Shown here one piece after another: positions 27,000 to 36,764 of a stretch of DNA of 64,000 bases. Position 1 is the first letter of the stretch. Each line of letters begins with the position of its first letter. This stretch comes from Fimbriimonadales bacterium. GTDB taxonomy: Bacteria > Armatimonadota > Fimbriimonadia > Fimbriimonadales > ATM1. The notes beneath the pieces are model-generated. The model made no database searches. It was not told the DNA's origin and saw only the letters and a program-made list of their open reading frames with translations. The position numbers and the translations under genes were made by a program. The DNA lies in the NCBI GenBank assembly GCA_041744215.1, contig JBGTLG010000025.1, forward strand, positions 64,001 through 128,000, given 5' to 3'.

Positions 27000-28025
27000 A
27001 TGAAGGCGTTTCCGATCGGTCCACACACGATTGATCCGCCGGTGCTTCTTGCGCCGATGGAGGATGTTACCGGCGCAGCTTTTCGTCTTATCACCAAACG
27101 CATCGCGAATCCAGGGCTTGTCTTCACGGAGTTTGTCAGCGCGATGGCAATACACCACAACGCGCGCAAGACAATCAAAAAGATGGTCGTTCACGACGTG
27201 GAGCGGCCGGTGGGCATCCAGATTTTTGGCGGTGAACCGGAGACGATGGCAAACGCGGCGCGGCTGTCCGTTGAGATGGGTGCAGATTTAGTCGATATCA
27301 ACATGGGGTGCTGGGTTCCTAAAGTGTGCAAGACCGGTGCTGGGGCCGCGCTACTTAATGACCCAAGGGTTGCTGAGCAAATCGTTCAGGCCGTTGTCAA
27401 AGCCGTCGACGTGCCTGTAACGGTTAAGGTGCGTGCAGGCTACCACTACGACGCTTTCACCGCGCCAGAACTCGCGAAGCGTTTCGAGCAGGCCGGAGTG
27501 AAGATGCTGACGCTTCATGCGCGGTTCGCAAAGCAAGGATTCGACGGTGAGGCTGACTGGCGACTTATAAGTGCGTTGCGCGATTCTGTTTCCATTCCGC
27601 TGATTGGAAACGGCGATGTGCGCAGCCCAGACGACGCGTTCAAAATGTTTCGTGAGACAGGCTGCGACGGCGTGATGGTCGGTCGGGCGGCGATTGGAAA
27701 CCCCTGGGCACTTCGTGACATCGTCAACTCAATTCAGGGTCTCGCGAAGTCAGGCGCGCCATCGATCGATGAGCGCATAGACGTTGCACTTGAGCATGTA
27801 CGTTTGGCGATTCAATTCGAGTCTGAGGGCGACGCGAGCGGGAGTGCGCCGACCGAGCTCATTGCCATACGCAAGCTTCGCGGAGTTTTGCCGCTTTACA
27901 TAAAGGGTGAACCGGGAGCGCCTGCAGTAAGGAACCGACTGACGCGGGCTGAATCTTATGATGAGATCAAGCAGATACTGTTTGATTTTAGAGCGGACAC
28001 AGCATCCGATAAGATTTCGGCTTAG
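27000..28025 (+). CDS. dusB: tRNA-dihydrouridine synthase B
   Basis: LAPMEDVT, DINMGCWVPKV, IGNGDV, DGVMVGRAAIGNPW. Confidence 0.92.
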   Translation: MKAFPIGPHTIDPPVLLAPMEDVTGAAFRLITKRIANPGLVFTEFVSAMAIHHNARKTIKKMVVHDVERPVGIQIFGGEPETMANAARLSVEMGADLVDINMGCWVPKVCKTGAGAALLNDPRVAEQIVQAVVKAVDVPVTVKVRAGYHYDAFTAPELAKRFEQAGVKMLTLHARFAKQGFDGEADWRLISALRDSVSIPLIGNGDVRSPDDAFKMFRETGCDGVMVGRAAIGNPWALRDIVNSIQGLAKSGAPSIDERIDVALEHVRLAIQFESEGDASGSAPTELIAIRKLRGVLPLYIKGEPGAPAVRNRLTRAESYDEIKQILFDFRADTASDKISA

Positions 28026-28028
28026 TGG

Positions 28029-29660
28029 TCAGAATAGCCCCGATATTTGGCCAGCGCCATCGACGTCGATTTTCAGTGTGGCTGGCTCGGAGCCCAGACC
28101 GGGCATGAGCAAGATGTCACCCGATTGCGCAACCAAGAATCCGGCGCCAGCAGAGAGCTTGATGTCTCGCAATCGAATGCGAAAGTTTTTTGGTGCGCCC
28201 TTGGCCCGCGGATCCGCGCAGAAACTATATTGCGTCTTCGCGATGCAAAACGGAATGTCGCCAAATCCATTTTCTTGAGCCCAGTCGAGATGTCGCTGCG
28301 CCTCTGGCGAAAGATCGACTCCGTCCCCTCCATACCCAGTGGAGACGATAGCCTCGAGTTTCTTGAGGGCATCGTCGGAAGGCTCATAGAGTCGGCGGAA
28401 AGATGCTGGTTCCTCTGCGGCTTTGGCTACCGCCTCGCCGAGCTCAATGCATCCCTCGCCTCCGCCAGCCCAAGGATCGGCGGGGATGCATACCACACCT
28501 TGTTGACTGTATCGCTCGATGATCTGATCGAAATCTGAGTCGGTGTCGTCTGGAAAACGATTGATCGTCACAACGAGCGGAACGCCGTAAGCTTTCAGGT
28601 GTTGGATGTGTTGCTTCACGTTGGCGAATCCCGCAACGAGATCTCCATCGCCATGATGCTTGATGGCGCGAACCGTAACTACGAGGATTACTGCATCGGG
28701 TCCGCGACCCAACGAGTGCGTTACGATGTTCATGAACTTCTCAGCACCGAGATCCGCTCCAAAGCCTGCTTCTGTTACGACGTAGTCCGACATCCCAAGC
28801 GCGCATTCTGTCGCTATAACCGATGAGCAACCATGTGCAATGTTTCCGAACGGACCACCATGCACGAATGCTGGCCCTCTCTCCATCGTCTGAACGAGGT
28901 TTGGTCGAATTGCATCGCGCAGTAGGGCTGCCATTGCGCCGTTAACTCCCAAGTCACGTGCTGTTACAGCCTTATTGGCAGGCGTAAGCCCTGCAATGAT
29001 ACTGCCAAGGCGTTCCCGCAACTCTTCAAGCGATTTTGAGAGGCAAAGCACAGCCATAACTTCGCTGGCTGGCGCGACTACAAATCCATCTTCCCGTGGG
29101 TAACCGTTGCTCTTGCCGCCCAGCCCAACAACAATGTCGCGCAAGGCGCGGTCGTTCATGTCAACCGTCCTGGGCCAAGAGATGTTTCGAACATCGAGGT
29201 CAGCTCGGTTCTTGTGCATGATCGAAGCGTCGATCATGGCGCTGAGCAGATTATGTGCGGCGCAGATGGCGGGAATATCGCCTGTGAAAAACAGATTGAT
29301 GTCCTGCATTGGAAGGACTTGACTGTATCCTCCGCCCGCTGCGCCTCCTTTAACTCCGAAGATCGGGCCGAGCGCAGGTTCGCGAATAGCTGGAACCGCT
29401 TTGTATCCAAGCTTCTGCAGCGCTTGCGCCGTTCCGATGCATGTTGTGGTCTTTCCTTCACCTGCGGGCGTCGGGGTCATTGCCGTCACGAGTATCAGCT
29501 TTCCCTGCTGTTGTGAGCGGAGTCTCGCCATTCCTTCGTAGGTTAGTTTTGCTTTGAAGTTTCCGAGTGGCTCGTAATCGCTTGTGTCGAGTCCACAAGT
29601 TTCTGCGATTTCGCTGATGGGCGAAAGCGTAGCCGCCTGAGCAATCTCCAGGTTTGTCAT
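28029..29660 (-). CDS. fhs: Formate--tetrahydrofolate ligase
   Basis: TPTPAGEGKTT, KGGAAGGGYSQV, HGGPFGNIAHG, TEAGFGADLGAEKF, AKTQYS. Confidence 0.96.
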   Translation of the reverse strand: MTNLEIAQAATLSPISEIAETCGLDTSDYEPLGNFKAKLTYEGMARLRSQQQGKLILVTAMTPTPAGEGKTTTCIGTAQALQKLGYKAVPAIREPALGPIFGVKGGAAGGGYSQVLPMQDINLFFTGDIPAICAAHNLLSAMIDASIMHKNRADLDVRNISWPRTVDMNDRALRDIVVGLGGKSNGYPREDGFVVAPASEVMAVLCLSKSLEELRERLGSIIAGLTPANKAVTARDLGVNGAMAALLRDAIRPNLVQTMERGPAFVHGGPFGNIAHGCSSVIATECALGMSDYVVTEAGFGADLGAEKFMNIVTHSLGRGPDAVILVVTVRAIKHHGDGDLVAGFANVKQHIQHLKAYGVPLVVTINRFPDDTDSDFDQIIERYSQQGVVCIPADPWAGGGEGCIELGEAVAKAAEEPASFRRLYEPSDDALKKLEAIVSTGYGGDGVDLSPEAQRHLDWAQENGFGDIPFCIAKTQYSFCADPRAKGAPKNFRIRLRDIKLSAGAGFLVAQSGDILLMPGLGSEPATLKIDVDGAGQISGLF

Positions 29661-30253
29661 AGCTGCCGACGATATTCAAATGCGCTCAGAAGCGTCGCTT
29701 GGTCTGCGAAATCCAAGTCACCGCCAACCGGCATTCCGTGTGCGAGTCGCGTAACCACTACTCCAAGCGGCTTGAGCAATTGAGCCAAATACAAAGCAGT
29801 TGCATCGCCTTCGATCGTAGGATTTGTCGCGATGATGACCTCGTTGACCGCTGCTTTTTCGAGCCTCGCAAGCAGTTCCCGAAGTTTTAGCCTTTCGGGT
29901 CCGACACCGTCCATCGGATCGAGCAAACCATGCAACACATGGTAGGTTCCTCGGAACTCGTGGAGTCTTTCGATTGCTGTGACGTCCTTCGCTTCTGCGA
30001 CGACGCAGATGGTGGCTGGGTCGCGCTGATGGTCCATGCAGATTTCGCAGGTTGGCGACTCACTAAAACCCTGACATGTTGCGCAGAGCGTCATTTTGTC
30101 GCGCGCGTCGCGTATGGCGTCCGCCAGTCGACGGACATCTTCCTCAGGTTGGCCGAGGATATAGTACGCGAGCCGCTGCGCAGATTTTGGCCCGACGCCT
30201 GGCAACTTCTCGAGTCGACTGATTAGGTTTGCAAGCGGCTTCGCAAAGAGCAT
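29657..30253 (-). CDS. recR: Recombination mediator RecR
   Basis: LPGVGPKSAQRLA, C4 zinc finger, ATNPTIEGDATA. Confidence 0.96.
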   Translation of the reverse strand: MLFAKPLANLISRLEKLPGVGPKSAQRLAYYILGQPEEDVRRLADAIRDARDKMTLCATCQGFSESPTCEICMDHQRDPATICVVAEAKDVTAIERLHEFRGTYHVLHGLLDPMDGVGPERLKLRELLARLEKAAVNEVIIATNPTIEGDATALYLAQLLKPLGVVVTRLAHGMPVGGDLDFADQATLLSAFEYRRQL

Positions 30254-30582
30254 TACATGCCCATGCCGGGCGGGAGCGGCAGGTTTCCAGTTATCTCTTG
30301 CATTTTTTGCTGTCGCACGTCGGCAGACTTAGCCTGCCCTTCTCGGATCGCGAGCAGGACAGCATCCTCAAGTGTCTCAATGTCGTCCTTGTCTACAAGC
30401 TCGCTGTCAATCTTTATCGACAGCAAGTCTCCTGCGCCATTGAACTTGACAGTCACGCCGGTCCGAACCGATTCAATTTCAAGCATTCGCAGCTCTTCTT
30501 CGAGATGCTTGGCGCGCTCCATCGCTTCTTGCGCTTGTTTCATTAGGGAGCCGAGATTGCCCATGCCCTTAGGAAGTTTCAT
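30253..30582 (-). CDS. ybaB: YbaB/EbfC nucleoid-associated protein
   Basis: LMKQAQ...DDIETLEDAVLLA; lies between dnaX and recR. Confidence 0.92.
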   Translation of the reverse strand: MKLPKGMGNLGSLMKQAQEAMERAKHLEEELRMLEIESVRTGVTVKFNGAGDLLSIKIDSELVDKDDIETLEDAVLLAIREGQAKSADVRQQKMQEITGNLPLPPGMGM

Positions 30583-30591
30583 TTGTTGAGA

Positions 30592-32184
30592 TTACTCCGG
30601 TTTCACTTGAAAAACGTCTTCTACCAGGCGGGCAAGCGCCTCGCCTTCCACAGGAGATTGTACCGAAGAGGGCTCCTCGGGAGAAGCCTGGTCTCCCATC
30701 AACTCAAATCGCATTTGACAGGATGGGTCCCCCGCAGCTTCTGCAAAATGCACCCGAATGACCTCTCGCAATTCGTCCTTTTGCTGGATGCGATCGTACT
30801 GGAACTTGCTCGTGATACCAACGACGATGACTTCCCCGTCTTTGCCAACGATATCGGTTGCATCAAGCATAGCACCCGCTGCTTTGTATCGTGTTCGAAT
30901 GCGATTGACTGCTTCAGCCCAGATTGGACGCAAAGCGACGGCATCGGCGTTAGCCGGAAGCGCAGGCTTTTGCCTCGCGGCTGGTTTTGCCGATCGCGCT
31001 GGTTCCTGTTGATTCGTTTGCGGAGCGGTATCGACGACGGCCTTGGTTTGTCGCGAAGGCTCCGCCTGCACTTTGCGCTCGGGAACGACCTGTGCAATGG
31101 GCGCTGCGTCTATGAGTCTTAGCAGCGAAACCTCCAACCAGAGTCTCGGCAAACTCGCTTGCCTGATTTCCTTGTGGGCTTCGGCGATCAGCGCGCGGAA
31201 CGAAACGAGCCGCTCCCTTCCGATCCTGACTGCGACGGCGTGATTTGCGGCTCGGCGCTCGGGATCTGCGCCTTCGGAGACATCGACTTCGTAGGCGGCA
31301 TAGGTCAACTCGCTCAACCGATAGAGAATGCTCTCGAGGATGCCGCGAGGATCCTTACCCCTTCGCACCGCCTCATCTGCGACGAGAATCACCGTCCCCA
31401 CGTCGCCTTCAACGGCGGCAATGAGCATCTTGTCGACCTGCTCGTCGTCGACAAAGCCAAGTTGGTCGACGACGCCTGCGACGGTGATGTTTTGATCCGA
31501 GCGTATCATCGCCTGCTCAAGGAGCGTGAGCGCGTCTCGGAAGCCACCATCTGCCATCCTTGCGATTGCGACTATGGCCGCTTTCTCCGCTTGAATCGAC
31601 TCCTGTTCGCAAACGTATTCGAGCCGTCCGACGAGATCTCTGACGGATCCTCTATGAAACTCGTACTTCTGGCATCGAGAGCGGATTGTTGTGGGGACCT
31701 TGGAGTACTCGGTTGTCGCAAGGATGAAGATGACGTGCGGCGGAGGCTCTTCGATTGTCTTCAGCAACGCGTCGAATGCTTTCGTGGAGAGGTCGTGGAC
31801 TTCGTCGATGATATAGACCTTGTATCGTGCCTCCATCGGTGCGTAGCGTGATCCTTCGACGATGTGGTTTCGGACATCCTCGACACCGGACTCGCTGGCC
31901 GCGTCGAGCTCGATGACGTCTCCGCCTTGACCCGACATGACGGCAAGGCACATTGCGCACTCGTTGCACGGTTTGGCGGTCGGGCCTGTCTGGCAATTCA
32001 GGGCTTTTGCGAGAAGCCTCGCTGTGCTGGTTTTTCCTGTGCCGCGAGGGCCTGTAAAAAGGTAGGCATGCGCAATCCTGCCAGCCTCAAGCGCAGACTG
32101 GAGCGTTTTGACGATGTGCTCCTGGCCCACCAAATCTTCGAAGGTCTGGCTTCTGTATTTCCTGTAAAGCGCTAAGTGAGACAA
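30592..32184 (-). CDS. dnaX: DNA polymerase III subunit gamma/tau
   Basis: LYRKYRSQTF, GPRGTGKTS, IIDEVH, LLKTIEEPP, TIRSRC. Confidence 0.96.
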   Translation of the reverse strand: MSHLALYRKYRSQTFEDLVGQEHIVKTLQSALEAGRIAHAYLFTGPRGTGKTSTARLLAKALNCQTGPTAKPCNECAMCLAVMSGQGGDVIELDAASESGVEDVRNHIVEGSRYAPMEARYKVYIIDEVHDLSTKAFDALLKTIEEPPPHVIFILATTEYSKVPTTIRSRCQKYEFHRGSVRDLVGRLEYVCEQESIQAEKAAIVAIARMADGGFRDALTLLEQAMIRSDQNITVAGVVDQLGFVDDEQVDKMLIAAVEGDVGTVILVADEAVRRGKDPRGILESILYRLSELTYAAYEVDVSEGADPERRAANHAVAVRIGRERLVSFRALIAEAHKEIRQASLPRLWLEVSLLRLIDAAPIAQVVPERKVQAEPSRQTKAVVDTAPQTNQQEPARSAKPAARQKPALPANADAVALRPIWAEAVNRIRTRYKAAGAMLDATDIVGKDGEVIVVGITSKFQYDRIQQKDELREVIRVHFAEAAGDPSCQMRFELMGDQASPEEPSSVQSPVEGEALARLVEDVFQVKPE

Positions 32185-32198
32185 GCGGCGGCTCCAAA

Positions 32199-32296
<98 letters not shown>

Positions 32297-32343
32297 GTCG
32301 CTCTATGATAGCACCGTGCCGAGCCGCTGCCTGCTTGCCTCAC

Positions 32344-33681
32344 TTAGTTTCGCAAAGGCTCTCTTGGGACTCTCTCGATGAGGTCGCTCTGATCGCGCGT
32401 CAATATCTCGACATAGCCTGGGGATCGTATGACTGCTTCAAAGCGGTACTCGCCAGTTCGCAGAATCATGTCACGCGGCATCTCGAATGAAGCAAAAAGC
32501 GCGTTGTATCCCCGCTTCTCGTCAAACTTGTAGTATCTGCTGTCGGTCATTCCCTCGCCATTCCATCCGATCTTGTCTTGGATATGGTGGGGGGCATTCC
32601 GTGGCCCGAAAAAGAACTCAACGACGACGGTGTCCGACCTGAATGGGTACATCGTCGGGTTTCGCGAAAGATCGATTCGGCGGTCGAATTTTCCACTCTG
32701 CGTATAGAGCAAGTCCATCATGAAAGTCTTGTCTTTGTCAAGTTCATAGTCCATGCTCGGCGCTGGTTCCCAGGGAATATCGAAATCTTTGTCTCGAATC
32801 ACGCATCGTATTCGCGCACCTGCGGAGGGAATTCCCCAGTTCCCTGAGATTCGCAGCACCTTCGGCTGCACAACCTCTATCTTGGCGGTGAACTTCAAGT
32901 CCACAGGGTTTCGCGTATCGTAGCTGTGCTCTTCATAAACACCTGCTCGTTGACCAAACACTCCACGCGATGCCATTCTTATAAGCAGATTGTTCAGATT
33001 GTTCGACGCAGTATCGCCTTGGATTCGATCGTCTACGTTCTCGGATATGGCAAACCGGTTCTTGTAATCTGCTTCGAGCGACGCGTACCATTCGACGGCC
33101 TTGTCAAGTTGACCGTTTCTTAGGTAAGCGCTGGACAAAACTCCCCTGAGCGCCGGGAGCACGTCCGCCTTCGATGTTGATTGCTCGAACCATTCGACAG
33201 CCTTCGGGTAGTTGTCATCAATCTTGTGGAAGTAGATCCAACCAATTTCGTGGTAGAGGCGGTAGGTCTCGACGTTGTGAGGAATTCCGTCTTCTAGTAG
33301 GCGCAGTGCGACGGGAATGTATCGCCGGTCGGATCTATTCTGCTCGTCAGTGAAGTTGTATGCGATGTGCCATGCGCCTGTGGAATAGACCTCCATTTGG
33401 CGCGGGTCTAACCACGTTATCAGGCGAATGAGAGGCAGGATCGCATCGAATTGGCCATTGTGGAAGTACGTGTCGCTTTGCACCCACAAAATCCCGGCGA
33501 CCATTTGGCGAAGGCCGGTCATGGAGGCTAGGAGTTGGTCAACGGACAGCCCTTCTGCGATGCCCGTGTTTCCTGTGCTGTAGTCCTTTTTCCATGTCGG
33601 GTACATCGCTTGCGACACAACCGCTTGAACCACGAAGGCCCCAGCGATTGCCCCCCAGAGTGCTTTTCGTTTTAGTGCCAT
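32344..33681 (-). CDS. Membrane-anchored TPR-like protein
   Basis: N-terminal TM helix; LITWLDP..EVY..GAWHIAYN; LYHEIGWIYFHK...AVEWF. Confidence 0.65.
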   Translation of the reverse strand: MALKRKALWGAIAGAFVVQAVVSQAMYPTWKKDYSTGNTGIAEGLSVDQLLASMTGLRQMVAGILWVQSDTYFHNGQFDAILPLIRLITWLDPRQMEVYSTGAWHIAYNFTDEQNRSDRRYIPVALRLLEDGIPHNVETYRLYHEIGWIYFHKIDDNYPKAVEWFEQSTSKADVLPALRGVLSSAYLRNGQLDKAVEWYASLEADYKNRFAISENVDDRIQGDTASNNLNNLLIRMASRGVFGQRAGVYEEHSYDTRNPVDLKFTAKIEVVQPKVLRISGNWGIPSAGARIRCVIRDKDFDIPWEPAPSMDYELDKDKTFMMDLLYTQSGKFDRRIDLSRNPTMYPFRSDTVVVEFFFGPRNAPHHIQDKIGWNGEGMTDSRYYKFDEKRGYNALFASFEMPRDMILRTGEYRFEAVIRSPGYVEILTRDQSDLIERVPREPLRN

Positions 33682-33687
33682 TACGAG

Positions 33688-34482
33688 CTAAACCTCCTTG
33701 CGGTCGAAGACAAGAACCGCTAGGATGAGAAGTATTCCAATGTATGCGAGCGCATACAACATTCCTTGGGACATGTACACGAGTTCATTTCCGCCGATTC
33801 GTGCACCGGCGTCCGATGCGGCGTTTGTAGAGATGTCGAGCGTGCTGAAATTGGGCACAGCATAGTGGGCGATTTTTGTGATGACCTGCATCGCCGGCTG
33901 GTTTCCTCGCTCTCCGAGTGATTCGAAGATTGGATTCAGAAGAGTGCCGAACACGAACACCAGACCGGTCAAGAAGAAGTTTACGACAGGGGTAACGAAT
34001 GTCGAGAAGAACATTGCCACAGCTGCAAGGAGGCTCATTTGAAACACGAGCATGATCGACGACCTGATGATCGGGCCCAAGTCGTTCATGTCGAAAGATT
34101 GCTGTTGGATGACAAACGCGACAAGGAGGACAAGCGTCATCATGCCGATCATTAGCGTGAGCGCACCAACCGAGCCGAGGAACTTGCCCAATAAGAATTG
34201 ATATCTTTGGACAGGCTTACTGAGGATCGTGTAAATCGTTCGACGTTCGACTTCGTTCGGCAGAAGATAAACAGTTAGGGTTACGGCCAGAATCGCGGAC
34301 GTAATCTTGAGGATTCCCAACGTCATTTGAATCAGGACCATCCGCTCGCCACGCGGAGTTAGCTGGTTGAGACTTGGCGCAATGATCAAGAACGCAAGTC
34401 CGACCATGAGAATGATTAGAAGCACCCGGCGCCGGATCGCCTCGCCAAGGGTGGTGCCAGCAATCGCAAAAACCTGACTCAC
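33688..34482 (-). CDS. ABC transporter permease (ABC-2-like)
   Basis: EVERRTIYTILSKPV.R..FLLGKFLG; about 6 TM helices; C-terminal FDRKEV. Confidence 0.9.
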   Translation of the reverse strand: MSQVFAIAGTTLGEAIRRRVLLIILMVGLAFLIIAPSLNQLTPRGERMVLIQMTLGILKITSAILAVTLTVYLLPNEVERRTIYTILSKPVQRYQFLLGKFLGSVGALTLMIGMMTLVLLVAFVIQQQSFDMNDLGPIIRSSIMLVFQMSLLAAVAMFFSTFVTPVVNFFLTGLVFVFGTLLNPIFESLGERGNQPAMQVITKIAHYAVPNFSTLDISTNAASDAGARIGGNELVYMSQGMLYALAYIGILLILAVLVFDRKEV

Positions 34483-35420
34483 TTCGAACCCTCCTTCAAT
34501 CGCTCCGTAGCACGTGTCACTGTTTCGACGAACAAGTCTTCAAGTCGCTTTCTTCGCGGAATCACGCTGATCACGCGGCCACCTGCGGCTCGGATCGCGT
34601 CGAGAAAACCGTCGGAGCCGCTGCTGTCTGGCGCATCCACGATGAGGCGTCCACTGTGATTCGACACGATGACGCCGTCTGTGCGCAACTTTTCGGCTGC
34701 GGCATCTGAGACTCCGTCGGCTTGAATTTCAATTCGGCCACCCCTCAGGAGATCATCTAGCTTGCCTTGCTGTTCGACCCTTCCTCGGTTGAGGATGGCG
34801 ACTCGGTCGCAGATTCGCTCGACGTCCGAGAGTTCGTGGCTCGAAATGAAAACCGTCTTGCCTTCGTCCCGCATTTGAAGGATGAGGTCTCGGATCTCGA
34901 CGTGGGCAATCGGATCCAGGCCGGCCGTTGGCTCATCGAGGAATAGGAGCACAGGGTCATTGAGGAGGCTCTGAGCCAAGCCTATTCGTTGCTGCATACC
35001 TTTCGAGTACTGGGAAATCGTCTTACCGGCGTCGCCAGCGAGATTGACCTTCTCCAGGAGCATCTTGCATTTGGCCACGCGCTCTGCTGGGGGAATGTTG
35101 AAGAGCTTCGCGTAAAAGGTCAGGATCTCCTCTCCCGTCATATGCTCGTAGTAGTACGGCTTTTCGGGCAGGTAGCTGATCTTGTGGTGAATCGCCATGT
35201 CACCGATCTCTTTGCCAAGGACCCAGGCATTACCGGAGGTCGGGTACGAAATTCCAAGCAACATCTTGATGGTGCTGGTCTTCCCGGCACCGTTGGGCCC
35301 AAGAAATCCGTAGATTTCTCCCTCTTCGACCTCAATGCTGAGGTCGTCGACGACGTTCACTTTGCCGCCTCGCGTGGAGTAGGTCTTTGTCAGGTGTTCT
35401 GTTTTGATTGCTGTCGGCAC
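34479..35420 (-). CDS. ABC transporter ATP-binding protein
   Basis: GPNGAGKTS, YSKGMQQR, FLDEPT, SSH. Confidence 0.95.
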   Translation of the reverse strand: MPTAIKTEHLTKTYSTRGGKVNVVDDLSIEVEEGEIYGFLGPNGAGKTSTIKMLLGISYPTSGNAWVLGKEIGDMAIHHKISYLPEKPYYYEHMTGEEILTFYAKLFNIPPAERVAKCKMLLEKVNLAGDAGKTISQYSKGMQQRIGLAQSLLNDPVLLFLDEPTAGLDPIAHVEIRDLILQMRDEGKTVFISSHELSDVERICDRVAILNRGRVEQQGKLDDLLRGGRIEIQADGVSDAAAEKLRTDGVIVSNHSGRLIVDAPDSSGSDGFLDAIRAAGGRVISVIPRRKRLEDLFVETVTRATERLKEGSK

Positions 35421-35710
35421 GCAGTTTTTCCCTCGGTTTTAACAATCTTCAGGGCAGTCTCTTAGGGACGCGGAAGTATACCGCCGAGCGTCTTCCAACT
35501 CGGCTTGGCCTTCGATTCCATACGCCGTGGGCGGTGAATTGGTCTCGATCTGTGCCGTGGAGCTTGCGGGAAATCGAGTTTTCTTCATGCAAATTGAAAA
35601 TGGGGCTCCAGTTTTTGCGTTAATACCGTCATAATGATTGGCGTCATCGGCCGAGACCCCGAGGAAGGTGCAGACCACCGGAATGGGCCCGACGACCGAA
35701 GACAAAAGCT

Positions 35711-35757
35711 TGCGGGAACGTGCTTTGCTCTCCTTTCGGCGTTCCCGCACTTTTTTT
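35711..35757 (+). terminator. Intrinsic terminator with no upstream + strand CDS
   Basis: TGCGGGAACG-(19 nt)-CGTTCCCGCA-C-TTTTTTT. Confidence 0.75.
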
Positions 35758-35789
35758 GCCCCCGGTAGACTCTGCTGGACTTTGGCGCG

Positions 35790-36764
35790 ATGCGGATCCT
35801 TTTCACGGAATGCAAAGAGGGAGATGAGGCTCTTTTCCGAGCGGCACTAGATAGCCTGGAGGTTATCACGACGAACGGAACCCTTGCGGAGGCGGACGAA
35901 GATGCGGCGATCGGCATTCTGTCTGTCATGGCTCATAGCCACATTGGAACGGACGGGATGGATGCTCTGCCCTCATTGAGATTTATCGCCACGAGGTCAA
36001 CTGGCGTTGACCACATTGATCTTGAATCGGCGAGAGACCGCGGGATCGTCGTCTCCAATGTGCCCAGCTACGGGGGTCGGACAGTCGCCGAGCACACGAT
36101 GCTTCTCATCCTGGCGGTTGCCAAGAACTTGCCTGCGGCTCTCAAGTGTGCGGGCACTGGCAAGTTTGACCTTTCAGGGCTTGTTGGGGTCGACTTCGCC
36201 GGGAAGACACTCGGCATCGTCGGCGTGGGCCAGATTGGGGAATGCCTGGCTACGATGGCCAACGGATTCGATATGGAGGTTGTCGGCTACGACCCGGAAC
36301 CTCGGGATGTTCTCGATCTCACCTATGTCGAGCTGGCGGACCTATATCGGCGCTCGGATTTCCTCGCACTCTGCTGCCCCCTCAATGACGCGACTCGCCA
36401 CATGATCGGTAGATCGGCCATCGCCCAGCTCAAGCCTGGCGTTTTCGTGATCAACACCGGGCGGGGCGCTGTGATCGACTCGGTGGCGTTGTACGAAGCG
36501 CTCGAAGCCGGGAACGTAGGCGGAGCGGGCCTCGACGTCCTCGAGATGGAGCACCTTCTCCGTCCTGGCGCGCGGGAACCCGTCGGTGAAAAGGAGGCAG
36601 CAATCGTCGCGCTGAACAAGAGCTTGATGTTGCACCAAAGGGTAGTAGTGACACCCCATATGGCCTTCTACACGGCAGAAGCGTTGGAGCGGATTCGGGA
36701 AGTGACGGTCGAGAACATCACGAGATTTCTTTCAGGTTCGCCCACAAACGTCGTGCACAATTAG
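35790..36764 (+). CDS. D-isomer-specific 2-hydroxyacid dehydrogenase (D-lactate dehydrogenase-like)
   Basis: TRSTGVDHID, GIVGVGQIG, INTGRG, GLDVLE, TPHMAFYT. Confidence 0.92.
   Translation: MRILFTECKEGDEALFRAALDSLEVITTNGTLAEADEDAAIGILSVMAHSHIGTDGMDALPSLRFIATRSTGVDHIDLESARDRGIVVSNVPSYGGRTVAEHTMLLILAVAKNLPAALKCAGTGKFDLSGLVGVDFAGKTLGIVGVGQIGECLATMANGFDMEVVGYDPEPRDVLDLTYVELADLYRRSDFLALCCPLNDATRHMIGRSAIAQLKPGVFVINTGRGAVIDSVALYEALEAGNVGGAGLDVLEMEHLLRPGAREPVGEKEAAIVALNKSLMLHQRVVVTPHMAFYTAEALERIREVTVENITRFLSGSPTNVVHN

Noticed and set aside
30592-32184. Programmed frameshift or slippage site in dnaX
   Set aside because: I saw no A-AAA-AAG or long homopolymer in the linker region after domain III, only GGCAAAAGCC.
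35641-35700. ZTP (pfl) riboswitch
   Set aside because: The GGTG..CACCGG hairpin is similar, but the GACTGGCG and CGCCTGGG pseudoknot elements are missing.
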